From NCBI GenBank assembly GCA_000708835.1, contig DF237092.1, positions 110,943 to 174,942 on the forward strand: 64,000 bases of DNA. The letters run 5' to 3'. The translations under genes were made by a program, and so were the position numbers. This document shows, one piece after another, positions 63,375 to 64,000 of this stretch; positions within the stretch are counted from its first letter, which is position 1, and each line of letters starts with the position of its first letter. A model generated the notes under the pieces. The model was not told where the DNA came from. It saw only the letters and a program-made list of their open reading frames with translations, and made no database searches. This DNA is from Klebsormidium nitens (taxonomy: Eukaryota > Plantae > Klebsormidiophyceae).

Positions 63375-64000
63375 TTAAATTTCCGATAAGCTTCTTATCG
63401 GAAAGGTAAAGTTTAACTTTCCGATAAGTCCTTATCGGTATCTTGCTTATCGGAAAGTCACGCCGATCCGATAAGGAATTCTGGCCCTTATCGGAAAGTT
63501 ATAACTTTACCTTTCCGATAACCTTAACGGATCGGCGCAAGACTCGGGTAACTTTCCGATAACTCCTCATCGGTGCTTTGCTTATCGGAAAGTTACGCCG
63601 ATCCGATAGGAATCCTATAAGCCTCCCAATCGGGATTTCGACAATAAAATTTCGAAATTAGCCACGCACCGTCGACAAAATTGCTCACACTCCAAATCAA
63701 GTACACAATGTACTGAAAAGTACTGAAAACGGAGCTAAAAGTAGGGGGGGGGGGCACTTTAGGTTCCTGGGGCAATTTGGGGCAATTCCTTATCGGCCGA
63801 TTAGAAATCTTAAAGTCGAGGTCTTATCGGCGCGGGTGCGAACGCAATGCCGAATGCTTATGAGTAATCGGTATTTATGTGCGAACGTCGCGCAGATTAA
63901 AGAAATCCTTATCGGCCCGCGGGTGCCAGTGCGAACGCTGCGCCGATTACTTATCGGTGTCCCGCGCGGCGGTGCGAACGCATCACCTTTCCGACGGCGA
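63375..64000. repeat. Array of CCGATAAG/CTTATCGG motifs in both orientations; possible subterminal region of a DNA transposon
   Basis: About 15 motif copies. ~35-bp inverted repeat at 63394-63428 and 63487-63521. ~65-bp direct repeat at 63415 and 63550. GTGCGAACG four times after 63830. The array runs off the window end. Confidence 0.75.

Overview
Intron-rich eukaryotic nuclear DNA from a green plant lineage. The plant-type proteins, GC-rich exons and GT-AG introns with GCTGAC-like branch points suggest a streptophyte alga such as Klebsormidium (inference, not verified). Bases ~23900-62800 hold five spliced genes that I reconstructed exon by exon: thylakoid cyclophilin CYP37 (-), ribosomal protein S3a (+), a TDT/SLC13 dicarboxylate transporter (-), a TMEM184/LAZ1-family protein (+) and a ~1240-aa coiled-coil protein (+). 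Bases 1-22200 contain no intact recognisable gene, only apparently decayed minus-strand coding sequence and one clearly disrupted membrane-protein gene. The window ends in a dense CCGATAAG/CTTATCGG direct and inverted repeat array. The most striking pattern: all five genes carry tandem, decayed copies of their own splice junctions ('junction echoes'), nine arrays in total, and many copies keep the AG or GT. All coordinates were read by hand and may be off by a few bases.
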